Shown here: positions 24,721 to 35,788 of the stretch, piece by piece
How the letters are laid out: each line of letters begins with the position of its first letter
Position numbering within the stretch: position 1 is the first letter of the stretch
NCBI GenBank assembly: GCA_028534125.1
Contig: CM052825.1
Location: 434,001 to 498,000, forward strand
DNA from: Lama glama
Taxonomy: Eukaryota
Direction: 5' to 3'
Length of the DNA stretch: 64,000 nucleotides
Position numbers and translations under genes: made by a program
The notes under the pieces: generated by a model
Database searches by the model: none
What the model was told of the DNA's origin: nothing
The model's input: only the letters and a program-made list of their open reading frames with translations

Positions 24721-25654
24721 GTGAGTATGGCTGCCCCCGGGGTCTGGGCTGGGGTTTTGTGGTTGAGTTTCCTTGTCCTTACAGACCGCCGCTGCTTTGC
24801 CCAGTTCAGATGAACAGGTGGGCATGCATCTGTCCAGCGGGCAGTGACGGAGCGGAGGACGCTCCTGTGGCTGCAGGGCCCTGTCCCCCCGAGCCCGCGT
24901 GGGTTCTCGCTGCTTCTCTGCTCTGTGTCCGGCCTGTTCTCACCAGCGTGCCTGTTCCTTGTTTGTGTTTGGAACTCAAGTCCCCATTAGAAGCAAACAG
25001 GAAAACAATAACCTGGGTTTAAAACATGGAGAATCTCTCTTTTGAAAAGCTTCTCTGTAAATGAACTGTCTATAAATTAAACGTAGGGAGAGTGACTTCT
25101 GTGAGGTGAACTGAAAGGTTGAGGAGCGGCTGGGACCCCTGCCCCGAGCCCTGTGGCAAGGACCGCACCCCAACTGAGATGTTTTCCAGTTGTTTCTATG
25201 AGCTTCTTGGGAAAGGGGTGCCTTTTTAGGCATTTTTCCCCCTAAGCTGAACTTCAAAATTAATTGTTTAACTGTTAATGAACAAACACAAAACAACAGA
25301 TTTTTTTAAAAAATGCCCTTAAACCGAATTTCTTTGCACATCAGTCATGTTGAAATTAGTTTACAGTTAATCATACACAAATGCTCACATACATGTGTAA
25401 GTTTCAGCTGTTAGTCTTAAAAAAGTGAAACATTGATTTCATGAGCAGGTGTCTGCTTTACAAAATGTGTGACTTGGGGTATAAAGTTTGTGGTATTTTA
25501 TTCTGTCATCCAGTGCTGCTGCGGGTATGATTCCAAAATGCTCTTTCACTGGGAATTTCAGCCTTTAGCACAATTTTCGTTTTGGTGTTGGAGTAATCAT
25601 TGTTTCACCCGGGGCATGCTAACTGCTGATGTCTGTGGAATTCCACTTGCCTGA

Positions 25655-25781
25655 TTTTTTTGGCGGGTGGGGGTTGAGGGAGGTAGTCAGGTGTATTTAT
25701 TTCCAGAGGAGATACTGGGGATTGAGCCCAGGACCTCACGTGTGTTGAGCCTGTGTCTAGGCCGAGCTGCACCCTCCCCCC
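25655..25781 (-). mobile_element. tRNA-derived SINE, Vic-1-like (camelid), with probable target-site duplication
   Basis: Minus strand reads GGGGAGGGTGCAGCTCGG...GAGGTCCTGGGCTCAATCCCCAGTATCTCC...AAATAAATACACCTGACTACCTCCC...A7 (A and B boxes); flanks ATTCCACTTGC (25640) and ATTCCATTTGC (25784). Confidence 0.8.
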
Positions 25782-26107
25782 GCATTCCATTTGCTCTAAA
25801 CTCCTGCCTCGTTTTTCCCACACAACCTGCAGCCACCACCCCCGTGGGTCTGTCAGAAACGCCTGCGTTTCGTTTCCGTACCGGCAGACACAAGTGAGTG
25901 AAAACCATTCAAACCCAGGACAGGGCTTTTGTAAGTTAGTTTCAGCTTCGTGCTTGGGCTTAAAATGGTTTATTGTTGTTTTTCTTGAGAAGAGACTCTC
26001 AACTACAACACGAGGGAATTTTGGTGAAACCAGTGCAGGCGGTGGGCCCCGTGTCGTAGCCATGGGGCTGGCATGTGAACATGTCCCCCCCATCTTCTCT
26101 GTCACAG

Positions 26108-26206
26108 GCCACTTCTTGGTGCAGACGCTGCAAGGGGTTGGAGCTGTGGGCTGGTGTGTGTCGAGGACGGTGCTGTCGGCACTCTGGTTGGCGGTGGTTG
26201 CTCCAG
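26108..26206 (+). CDS. SUN1: SUN1 exon: HFLVQTLQGVGAVGWCVSRTVLSALWLAVVAP (hydrophobic region)
   Basis: TCACAG| acceptor, CAG|GTGGTT donor, 99 nt. Confidence 0.92.
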
Positions 26207-26674
26207 GTGGTTATTTGGGCTTTCCATGTTAGCGCTCGCTCTGCAGCTCTTGGCAGTTAAGCACTTGCAATGTGTCGTTTACCTAACCAGGTGAAACTCT
26301 GATTTTTGGTTTGTGTGCTTTGATCCTTGCTGTAATGCGTTTCAGTCTTCATCACTTCAATGTGCTAACGCTGGACTGCACCGTGCTCGAGATCGCCGGG
26401 CTGTGCTTCCTCCTTTGTCTTGTCTTGCGCGCTGACCGGCGTGCGTCCTGCTTGGTGCCTCGTGTGCGTCCCTGGCGTGCGTGTGTAGCTATTCCTGCTG
26501 TGACAGCTGAGCATCATCTTAGCACTCCTCATCCCTGATTTCATCTTAGTACACTTTCAGAGTATCTTTCAGCCGTTTCCTTGTGCCTCTAGCTCAGCCT
26601 TCACAGAAGAGCCCGTCGGGAGCTTGGCTGTCCTACGAACACTGCCTTGGACTGCGTGCTGTCTTCTCTTTCAG

Positions 26675-26768
26675 GGAAGGCGGCCTCCGAAGCACTCTGG
26701 CGGCTTGGGATCGGATGGTACCAGCTTGTTACTTTGGTTTCTTGGCTGAATGTGTTTCTTCTTACGAG
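26675..26768 (+). CDS. SUN1: SUN1 exon: KAASEALWRLGIGWYQLVTLVSWLNVFLLTR
   Basis: TTTCAG| acceptor, GAG|GTGAGG donor, 94 nt. Confidence 0.96.
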
Positions 26769-26889
26769 GTGAGGAGAGTGACACGGGGTCAGCTTGCTGT
26801 CTTGCAGAGCTGGTTTTGTGCTAGCTGCAGGGATCGTTTGATTTAACCATTTTACATTTTGCAAGGTGCTTTCATCTTGCTTACCTTTC

Positions 26890-27000
26890 CAAACCCCTCC
26901 TGTGAGAAAGGAGAGGCAGGTGTCATCCTTGAAGGAAACAGAAGTGTGCAGAGGTTAAGTGACTTGTCCGGGATCACCCAGCTGGGAGGGTGTGGTCAGC
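26890..27000. mobile_element. MIR fragment
   Basis: GGAAACAGAAGTGTGCAGAGGTTAAGTGACTTGTCCGGGATCACCCAGCT matches the MIR core. Confidence 0.7.
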
Positions 27001-27253
27001 ACTTTACCTGACCTTCGGCTCCTGCTCGCTCCAGGTGCTTCCCGCCAGCAGGGGCCTCGTGGGCCCGGGTCACCGCACCGTGGGCAGGTTCCCAGATAGG
27101 CACACACCTCATAGGAGCCGCTGCCTGTGTTGCTCGGACTGGATTCCATTTAGGATGGGGAAGGGGGCATTTGGTACAAAGTTACCTGGAGATAGGATGA
27201 TGAAGCCTGCCATTTACTTTTTCCCAGCTAAATGTTTTTCTTTTTGTTCTTAG

Positions 27254-27312
27254 GTGCCTTCGAAATATTTGCAGGTTTTTAATCTTGCTCATCCCTCTGC
27301 TGCTCTTACTAG
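27254..27312 (+). CDS. SUN1: SUN1 transmembrane exon: CLRNICRFLILLIPLLLLL
   Basis: TCTTAG| acceptor, TAG|GTAGGT donor, 59 nt. Confidence 0.96.
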
Positions 27313-27473
27313 GTAGGTGAAACTTGGCTTGGCTACTTTAGGTGGTTGCTGTGTACGCACACACGTATGTTAGTAAAACGGACGTTAGTGAACCCGCGAG
27401 AGAACCGAGCACTCGCGTACGTTGTTTGAACAGCAGTGCGTGCATGCTCGCACTATGGCCCCTCTCTTTCAAG

Positions 27474-27619
27474 GTGCGGGAATTTCCTTGCGGGGCCGTG
27501 GTGACCTTCTTTCACTCCTGCCTGTGCTAAACTGGACACACGTGTACTGGACGCAGAGGGTGGACGGCCCCAGCCACGTGCTCACACCCGGTACTGCTCA
27601 TCTGCAGCAGCCCCTGGAG
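27474..27619 (+). CDS. SUN1: SUN1 exon: AGISLRGRGDLLSLLPVLNWTH...QQPLE
   Basis: TTCAAG| acceptor, GAG|GTAACC donor, 146 nt. Confidence 0.94.
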
Positions 27620-28483
27620 GTAACCCGTTAGGGAGCGCTCGGCCTGGCTTTGCAGACCTGAATTCTTCAGCGCGAGTTGCTGCTGCTTGTGGACGGGGTA
27701 GTTCAGTTGGGCACCTTGTTTCAGAAAATATTTTACAAGGTCAAACAAGTCTGTGTAATAGCTCCTTAAATGTTCTGAAACAGTTCAGGTAATGCCTAGA
27801 GGCACACCTCGGCAGCATCGTGGGTCCAGCTTCAGAGCACCCCAGTAACATGAGCCCCACAGACTCTGGTTTCCTGGGGCAGAGCATGTAGGCTTCCACT
27901 GCCAAGGGTGCATTAGCTCTGTGTCTAAGAAACAATGGACAGACCCTAATTAAAAATACTTCACTGCTTAAAAACGCTAACCGTCATCTGAGCCTTTAGC
28001 GAGTCGTATTCTTTCTGGTGGTGGAGGGTTTGAGGTACTGCAAGTGTTATCACAAAGTGACCCAGGGGCACGGAGCGAGCAGACGCTGCTGGAAAAACGG
28101 CCCCGACGGCCCTGCTCGGCGCGGGGCGGCCGGAGACCTTCCGTTTGTGATGGACGTGCGTCTGCAAAGCCCAGCGAAACGAGTCTGCTTGTGTTTTAAG
28201 CAACCTCTTTATCCAGTTAATTTTAATTGAAAAGTAATAGTTTTCATTACTTTGGAAAATATAGGAAGTGCAAAGAAGAAAATAAAAATGCCCCTAGTCT
28301 GCGACAGAAGGAAGATTGCTGATGAACATTTTCACGTACTTGCCCTTAGTGCGTGTGTGTGTCGTGGTGGACGTTTTTCTGTGATGCTCTGTTTTGTAGT
28401 TTTGACCTACTCTGTAGGTACGGTTACTTGAAGCCAGATTTAACTTCTCATTTGCATTGCCTTTGGAATTCCTTGCTGTTCAG

Positions 28484-28714
28484 GTTGGTGACGAGGCTTT
28501 CCACTGGCATCGGGTGAATGAAGCAGAAAGGCAGACGGCCTCTGTGTCTGGACAATGTCACAGCCATGACCAGAAACTTCAAGAACTGACAGCTTCGCTT
28601 CAGAAGCTGCAGGCGCGGGTAGACCAGATGGACGACAGTGCTGAAGGGCTCCTGTCCATGATTCAGAGCACGGTGGGGCGGCGTTTAGAGGAGGCTGGAC
28701 TGTCGGGCTCCGAG
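28484..28714 (+). CDS. SUN1: SUN1 luminal coiled-coil exon: VGDEAFHWH...LQKLQARVDQMD...GSE
   Basis: GTTCAG| acceptor, GAG|GTAATG donor, 231 nt. Confidence 0.93.
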
Positions 28715-30559
28715 GTAATGCCAGGCAGCTTTCAGGCGCTTTGTTTTCCTTTGGGGCACGAGGGACGGGAGGGCACTGCAGTGAGAAGTGGTGTGGTGCG
28801 TGGAGGCAGTGCCAGGAGCCGTGGGGCTGTGCACGCCCCCAGAGGAGGTGCCACGTCTGACGCCGGCAGTGGAGGGGGCACCGAGGGGCTGGGAGGGCGG
28901 GAAGACTGGGGCGGGTAGAGGCACCAAGGGTGACGGCCAGGAGTGAGGTCGGCTGTAGCCAGACAGACGAAGGGTCTCTAGCCTGCACTCTAACTGGTGA
29001 ATGGGTTATACGTAATGCGGTGAAGTTTTACCAAGGGTGTCAGGAGTGATTAGGTTTCCTACCAACGTTCATTCGAAAGGTTTGGATCTGTGATGTAAAG
29101 TGTCTTGAGAGTGTGAAATAGTTAAAGAGCAGCTGCCACTCTTACGGAACCGCAGGCCTATGTGTGGCTGTCCTGTTGGCCTGCTTTGTCGAGGAAAGGG
29201 TTGTCAGCCTGTTTCCCTCAAAACTGATGTCTGTTTTCTTGCGTTCCAAAGTCACTTAATGTGGATACTTCAGACTGAAGTCTTCGAAGTGGGTCTCGTC
29301 TCTTGTCTCAGCAGAGGCTTGTCCCTGGTGTCGCTTACCTCAGCAGAGAGCCCACTGCCCACCCAGCTGTCCCCACCTCGGCCCCAGCGTGACCCTCAGT
29401 CCCTGGTCGCTGGTGATGCATCCGTCTGCTGCGTGGTCAGCCTCCGGCCAGCTGTGGCCCCGCTGTGCTCCTGAGCGGGCCTGACTCTGCTCTGTCAGTG
29501 GCCCCCCACAGCCAGGCTTCTCTGGTGACCCCCCCAGCTGGTCTTGGGGCGCATGTCCCTCATGGGGCTGCTCCCTGCCCAGGTTCCTGCCCTGGCCCAG
29601 CGCGGCCCCCACCCCTGGTTTGCCTGTGGCAGTACCAGCATTTGCCACCGCTGAAGCTGCTTGCTGCTTATTTAATTTGCTGTGTTCTCTCACCTGTTAG
29701 GGACAGAAATGAGTGTGTGCCGATTGACTGTTTTGTTGATCGTGGTTTGGCCCCTGTGACATGCTGACCGGACCCAGGGTCCCAGGGTGGGTCCCGCCTG
29801 CTTCATGCACCCCGGGTTGCCCTGCAGCACTCGCTCAGGACCCCGGGCCTCCGGCACCGAGTCCTGCACAGCTGCTTGTTCTCAGTTTCTTAGTTGTCGG
29901 ACTGAGGTGATTTCAGGTAGAGCGTTCATGCAGCGGTGCCTGCACGTTCCTGGTGGCCGTGGGCAGCTGTGCAGTCGGGGGCGGAGCAGGACCAGCGGCC
30001 CCTGCGGGTGGCTGGCAAGTGAGGCAGAGCAGCAGAGGGGCTGAAGCCAGTGCTCTTCATAGACTCGAGGTCAGGGCGGAACAGCCGGAACCTCCAGGTG
30101 GCAGGTTGCTGGCTGCGTGTCCCTGTAGGCAGGATGCCGCGCCTGGGTGAGCGCCGCCCGGGCAGCGGTCCGCGTCTCACCGCCTGGGCTGCCACGGACA
30201 AGGAGAGCCTTGTAGACGTGACCGCGGCACGGCTGCAACCTTCAGTGATGGCTGAGCTGCCCGCCCTCGTGAAGGAAGCCAGACTCTGGTTCAGAGGAAA
30301 CGAGGGTCAGTTGTCTAGCGGTTTACAAGCCAGACTTCGTGCAGCGCGGGCTCGTTTTAAAATCAGGTTCTAAGTTGGATCCGCTTAGTGCAGACTTGCC
30401 CATTCCTCCTGCGCCGTCCCGAGAGCCCCCGAGAGCGGCGTGGTGGTGGTGGTGGTCTGTCCCGCCGGGCAGAGCCCAGGTCTTGTTAAGGAGCCTGACC
30501 ACCTGGTTGCTGGCCGCCCGCTGGCCACCCGGGATCCTGGCATGTGTCTGCCTCACGTT

Positions 30560-30725
30560 ATTTGCCTTGTCCCAGGGACTTGCCACCAGCTGCATGTGGC
30601 TGCGTACATTTAAATTAATTAAAACAAAATAAAATTTAGTTTCTCTGTTGCCCCAGCCACGTCTCCCATGCTCAGTGGCACATGTGGCCTTCGTGGGGGC
30701 CAGTTTGTCCTGACACAGCGCAGCC
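30560..30725. mobile_element. MER3-like DNA transposon
   Basis: CATGTGGCTGCGTACATTTAAATTAATTAAAACAAAATAAAATTTAGTT...CAGCCAC...CACATGTGGC follows the MER3 architecture. Confidence 0.7.
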
Positions 30726-31206
30726 CAGGGGCTGCCCTCCCACCCTGACAGCTGAAGAAGTGGGTGGGACTGTGTCGGACAGAGGACAGTTTTCAGAGTC
30801 TCTTGTGTTGAGGAAATGCAGTCCCCTCTGGATGCGTGTGCCGGGGCGTGTGCCGGGGTGGAGTCAGCGCGCTGCCCTTCAGGTCCCGGCTTCAGGGGTG
30901 TCCGGTGGGTGTTTGCCGAGCGGGTGGTGACGGCTCCTCCCCTACCAGCGCCTCCCCTGTCGTCACTGCTTCCGAGTCCGCGCTCTCGTGTAACGAGCGC
31001 TGTTGGGGCGTTTTGTTTCAGCGCAGCCTTTGGGCTCTCAGGTGAAGACACGGACGTCACCTCCAGGACGCTGTGCCCACTTGTGAGCAGACAGCCCCTC
31101 ACTTTTGGGCACTCCGTGTGGAACTGACTTGCCTGATTGGCCGGGTTTGGGTTTGATGTGCTGCTTAACCTTCTTTTCCGTTTGTTCGTTCGTTTTCCTC
31201 TTCAAG

Positions 31207-31293
31207 ATGGACTGCGTGGCTGCCCACCAAGAACATGGATCGCGCATCTCCCACTTGGAAGGTGTTCTCAGGAAACTGACAGAAAACTCTGAG
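31207..31293 (+). CDS. SUN1: SUN1 exon: MDCVAAHQEHGSRISHLEGVLRKLTENSE
   Basis: TTCAAG| acceptor, GAG|GTACCC donor, 87 nt. Confidence 0.94.
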
Positions 31294-32397
31294 GTACCCA
31301 CTCTCCACCCTTTAGTTGCAGCCCCAGCAACGTGGTTTCCTCCGTCGTCGTCGCCCAGTCACTGTCTTCGTGGCCCCACCGCCTTCGGGTGCTTCTGTAG
31401 GTACTTGCCGCCGTCCTTCGTAAAGCTGAGGAAAGCACCCTCCCCGGCGGCCTTTCCCTGGGCAGCCCCGCTCCAGAGCTTTAGCGTTAGAGTGTCTGCA
31501 GCCCACTGGTTTTTGGTGTCTTTTTAAGAGGGGCCTGAGTCCAGGCTTTGAAAACAGGAGGCAGGTCTCCAGGTTCTGGGGTCCCCGAGTCTCTTGGATG
31601 TCACACAGCCTCCACCAGTGTGACCTTGTCGGCAGAGGGGTGTGAGCCTTCCGGCAGACCGGTTTTCTGGTTGGAGGGGCTGTTGAGGTCCAGCGTTGGT
31701 GGCAGCGGAGGGAGGCACCCAGGTGTGGGCCGGGGCCGGTGGGGACGTGCCTGCTGGCTGGCCTCAGGGGAGACACACAGCCCTCGGGGGGCTCAGGATT
31801 GGCTGCCGCATTGCTGACACTGGTGGTGTCTGCGGGTGCAGTCCATTTGCTGACCAGACGTTTCCTGAGTGTGGAGGGGAGGGGGCCGAGGAGGAAGCAG
31901 GTGTCCTGCCTGGACCCGCCCAGGGCCCCCGCTGCCCTGGGCGCCATCGAGGCTCAGCCTAACGAGCGGACCAGCTAACCCACCCCGTCTGCGAGCTGCC
32001 ATCTTAGGAAGTCCTGCTGCTCGCGTAAACGGGCCCTTTTCTTTCCCTCGTCCCTCCGCGTTTAGAAGACACTCTCAGAGGTGGCGGTGCTGCCGTCCTC
32101 AGCCTGCGTGCTGAGTCCGGGGGCGGCTTAACCGAAAGCCCACGAAGCCGCTCCCTGTGATTTGTGCACCTCTCTGAGCACGTGGTGTATGTCTTTTAAG
32201 AGTTTGCTTTGAAAAATAGACATCCCTCTCCAGCCAGCAGGCAGGTCTGGACTTTGAATTAAGGGGGAAGAAAATCTCAAGATACGTGTGTGCATTTTCA
32301 TTTATATCTGTATCTGTATGTAAAGTCAAGTGTATGGTTCATGGAAAGTTAGTGTGTAACTTGTGTGTTTAAACGGACTGTTTCTGCCACCCTTTAG

Positions 32398-32441
32398 GCC
32401 ATCCAGAAGGAGTTAGAAGAGACCACTCTGAGGACAGTGAG
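32398..32441 (+). CDS. SUN1: SUN1 exon: AIQKELEETTLRTV
   Basis: CTTTAG| acceptor, GAG|GTAGGG donor, 44 nt. Confidence 0.94.
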
Positions 32442-33675
32442 GTAGGGGAAATTCAGATGAATTCCTGTCCCTCTGGCGTGTCCCCCTTTTGGCCGCTGTG
32501 TGCACCTGGCTTGGCGGGCTTTGGCGGGCTGTGGCAGGCAGGCACGCTCACCTCTCAGAGACCCTCTCTGGGGCACCTGAGGGTGGAGGGGGCCTGGGGG
32601 CTTGTTGCCGTCACCCCACGCAGTCACCCTGGCTGTGCCTGGAGAGACTCGCTGCCTGGACGGGTCTACAGGGGCCCCAGGGCCGGATGAGCTCATGTCC
32701 CAGGGTAGAGCGGGCCCCACGCCACCTGGCTCGGCCCTTGTCCCCACTCAGCAGCCTCTCCAGTAGACGCAGCCCCATCTCTCAGCGGCCTAAGGGTGGT
32801 GGCATTTGGTCCTCATACCCAGGTCCCCTCTCCTCCGCACGTGTCCGCTCCCCCGGACTGCCCTGGCAGCCTGGAGCCTCCTTCTGAGCCACAGGGTGGC
32901 TGTCCCTCTCACACCCTTGGCTTTACCATCCGGGCCCTCTGCACCCCTTTGTCAGGACAGGACACCCTCACCCTCCGTTGCTCCCATAATTGATGGGGCT
33001 GTACTCTAAGCCACGTCCTCCTGTCGCTGGGCTCGTGTGTTTCTGCGGCTCTTAGACCCCACCTGTCCTTCTGCGAGGACAGGGATAACTTCGCTACTTC
33101 CCTGCACAGCCTTCGCTGCAGGAGAAAGGTGTTCTGATCCGTGAGGCCGGCCCTCCATGTGTGTCCTGGAGTGAGCTCTCCTGAGACATGGACTGTCGGC
33201 CTCTGAATGACTGTACCTACATCTAAACAAACATGTTGTGATGGTTTTGTAACATACATACATTAACATAGAATGATTAAAATCCTGAAGCCATACATTT
33301 TTAGTTTAGTTTTCTCTTCCAGTAACGTGAAAAGTTCATATTTAACTTTAAAATGGTTATCAATAAATATTGTCTCACTTCTGAAGTCTTTTTCAGAAAT
33401 TTAAGGAGCTAGGCATAGGTTTTAAATCTTTAATAGTTTGGCGTGCCCCCCAGCACCGCTGAGCGTGCTGGGCCTCCTGCCTGGGTGGGGGTGCGTGTGC
33501 GCGTGTGCACGCGGACACTGACGGGGGAGAAGACCTCCGGATTCTGACCTGAACCTGGTGGCGCTTCCCTGCTGCTGTGGGCAGGCTGCTGAGTTTCAGC
33601 TGACCTGCCTGGGAGTGTGGGCAGTTTGTCCTGCATGTGCTGCTGCCGGCAGCTGACCCGTCTCCCCCTTCCCAG

Positions 33676-33793
33676 CGGGATGGACGAGGCCCAGCGCCTC
33701 CTTGCCCTGGTCCGGCACCTGGAGCAGGAGCTGGGCCGTCTGAAGTCGGACCTGACCGCCGGGCTGCAGTGCACAGGCAACAGCTGTGAGAAG
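33676..33793 (+). CDS. SUN1: SUN1 exon: GMDEAQRLLALVRHLEQELGRLKSDL...SCEK (alternative in-frame end at 33802)
   Basis: TCCCAG| acceptor; in-phase donor AAG|GTGGGC; 3' boundary ambiguous. Confidence 0.85.
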
Positions 33794-34916
33794 GTGGGCG
33801 CCGTACGTGGAACGTACGTTTCCTCACGTTTCACATCTTGTCTTATCACAGAAAATAGAAGAACACTCGGGTTGATGGCCTACGTTTACATTAACTTCAG
33901 CTTTCTTTGAAGGCTGTAGTTTACTGTGTTTGAAGTCTTTTAACACTTGAGAGAAAATAATTAAAAATCCAGCTCCTCGACATCCCCCGTTCCAGTGACG
34001 TGGGACGTGGACGCGAGTGCGCGTCTGTCCTTTGCGCTCCGGCGGCCAAGGCCAGCCTCTCCCTGGGCAGCTGTGCCTTCTCACCACCAGACTTGGCTGC
34101 AGCTGTGTCTCACACCCAGCTCCCAGACACTGCTTCCGGCCCGTGTGTCCTCATGCGGACTAGGAGACCTGGACAGTTAGAGCTGCGTGGAAATGAAAAG
34201 GCCAGTGTTTGAATGGCAAACGTGCTAAGTCAGAGGCAGGCGGCAAGGTGCACGTGGCCCCGCCGTGGGGTCTGGGCTCCCAGGAGGCAGCACCGTCGGG
34301 GCGGAGCGGGCGGGGACATCTCCCCAGTCAGGTTTGAGGTTAGATGAATGACGGTTCCTCGGTCCTCAAGTGATGACAGTTGCACCAGTGCCGGTGGGGC
34401 AGTGGGGTGCCTGCAGGCTTTGGGGGAAGGCCTCAGAATAGGCACGAGTCACAGAGGTACACAGTCTGCAAAATGATCAGCCGCACTCGGGACTGCCGAT
34501 GCAGGGGCGGCAGCCCCAGTGCAGGTGGGCGCGGGGGTCCCGGGGGTGGCACCACGGGACACCCAGGGCCTTTCCTCCCCATCCTGGTCTCTGAGGCAGG
34601 GTGGTGGTCACACACGTCATCGTGTGTGGCAATGATGCTGCCTGCAGAACGTCTCCTTTCGGGTGCTGGCTGCCAGGGCCCTTCTTCCTGCAGCCCTGTG
34701 GGCACACAGGGCGCTGGCTTCTCCGCCCGTCCTCGGGAACCTGCTCCGGCTTCTGTGAGGGCTCTCAAGGTCCGCGCGGAGGAAGGAGTTGTGTCCCTTT
34801 TATGCCACGGTTTTGAGGGGCTGAGTCTCCCGGCGGAACTAGGGTGACAGGGTGAAGAGTCACGATGATTTTGCTAGGACGGCAGATTCATGCCACACTC
34901 ACTCGTGATTTCCTAG

Positions 34917-35171
34917 GTGGACACCCAAGTCCGAGAAACGGTCAGGCTCCTGTTTTCGGGTGACCATCAGGATGGCTCTCTCGAACAGCTGCTCCAGAAG
35001 TTTTCTTCTCGATTTGTAAGCAAGGATGACCTGCAGGTTTTACTGCGGGAGTTAGAGCTGCAGATCCTGAGGAACATCACCCACCACGTCTCCGTGACGA
35101 AGCAGATGCCCACTTCTGAGGCGGTGGTGTCTGCCGTGAATGAGGCAGGCGTTCCTGGAATAACAGAAGCG
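34917..35171 (+). CDS. SUN1: SUN1 exon: VDTQVRETVRLLFS...VSAVNEAGVPGITEA
   Basis: TCCTAG| acceptor, GCG|GTGAGT donor, 255 nt. Confidence 0.96.
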
Positions 35172-35703
35172 GTGAGTGGGTGACAAGAGAGGCCGTGGCG
35201 TTCTGGTCCGAGGGCGGGCTCCTGGGGGCCGGCCCTCGCAGAAGGGCGCGGCGCCTCGCGTGGCACAAGGGAGGCGCGTGCCAGCTGCTGCCGTCAGTCT
35301 GCTTCTCAGGAGTACTCTGTGCTTCGCTGCCGTTCTTGTCCCAAGGATCTTTCCTACCTGGGTGGCCACATACCATCTGGAGTTTACACAGAGTCCCCAT
35401 GACACAGTCTGAGTGACTCTGACTGTCGGCCCGCTGTGTCCACTTCTCTGGCTCTCGGAGTTCAGGCTTGGAGGGCTCTGTGCCTGTGTCTGAGCCTGGG
35501 TGGAAAGGCTCTGGGCCTGCCCGCCCTGTCTGATGGACCCGCAGTCTAGTGCGGGGCTGAGTCTGGCCGATCAGGCCCCAAGTCGAGTTGGCGGGACGTA
35601 GTTCTTAGGAGAAGCGTCTGGCATCTGTTTCTGTGATTAACGCGTAAGTCTTGTTTCTGATGCTGCCGCGGCGTCGGTCCTCATGGGCACCCCCTCCGCG
35701 CAG

Positions 35704-35788
35704 CAAGCGCGCGCCATCGTGGACAACGCCTTGAAGCTGTACTCCCAGGACAAGACCGGCATGGTGGACTTTGCCCTGGAGTCTGGGG
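35704..35788 (+). CDS. SUN1: SUN1 exon: QARAIVDNALKLYSQDKTGMVDFALESG
   Basis: GCGCAG| acceptor, GGG|GTAAGT donor, 85 nt. Confidence 0.97.

Noticed and set aside
24785-24817. 33-nt exon-like segment (TTACAG|...CAG|GTGGGC)
   Set aside because: The upstream intron would be only 64 nt, and it carries an in-frame TGA in the SUN1 phase.
25833-25893. 61-nt exon-like segment (CTGCAG|...CAA|GTGAGT)
   Set aside because: Frameshifting, with no similarity to SUN1; at best a cryptic exon.
30323-31947. 259-aa and 211-aa minus-strand ORFs antisense to SUN1
   Set aside because: GC-rich intronic sequence, partly running through MER3; no domain or exon structure.
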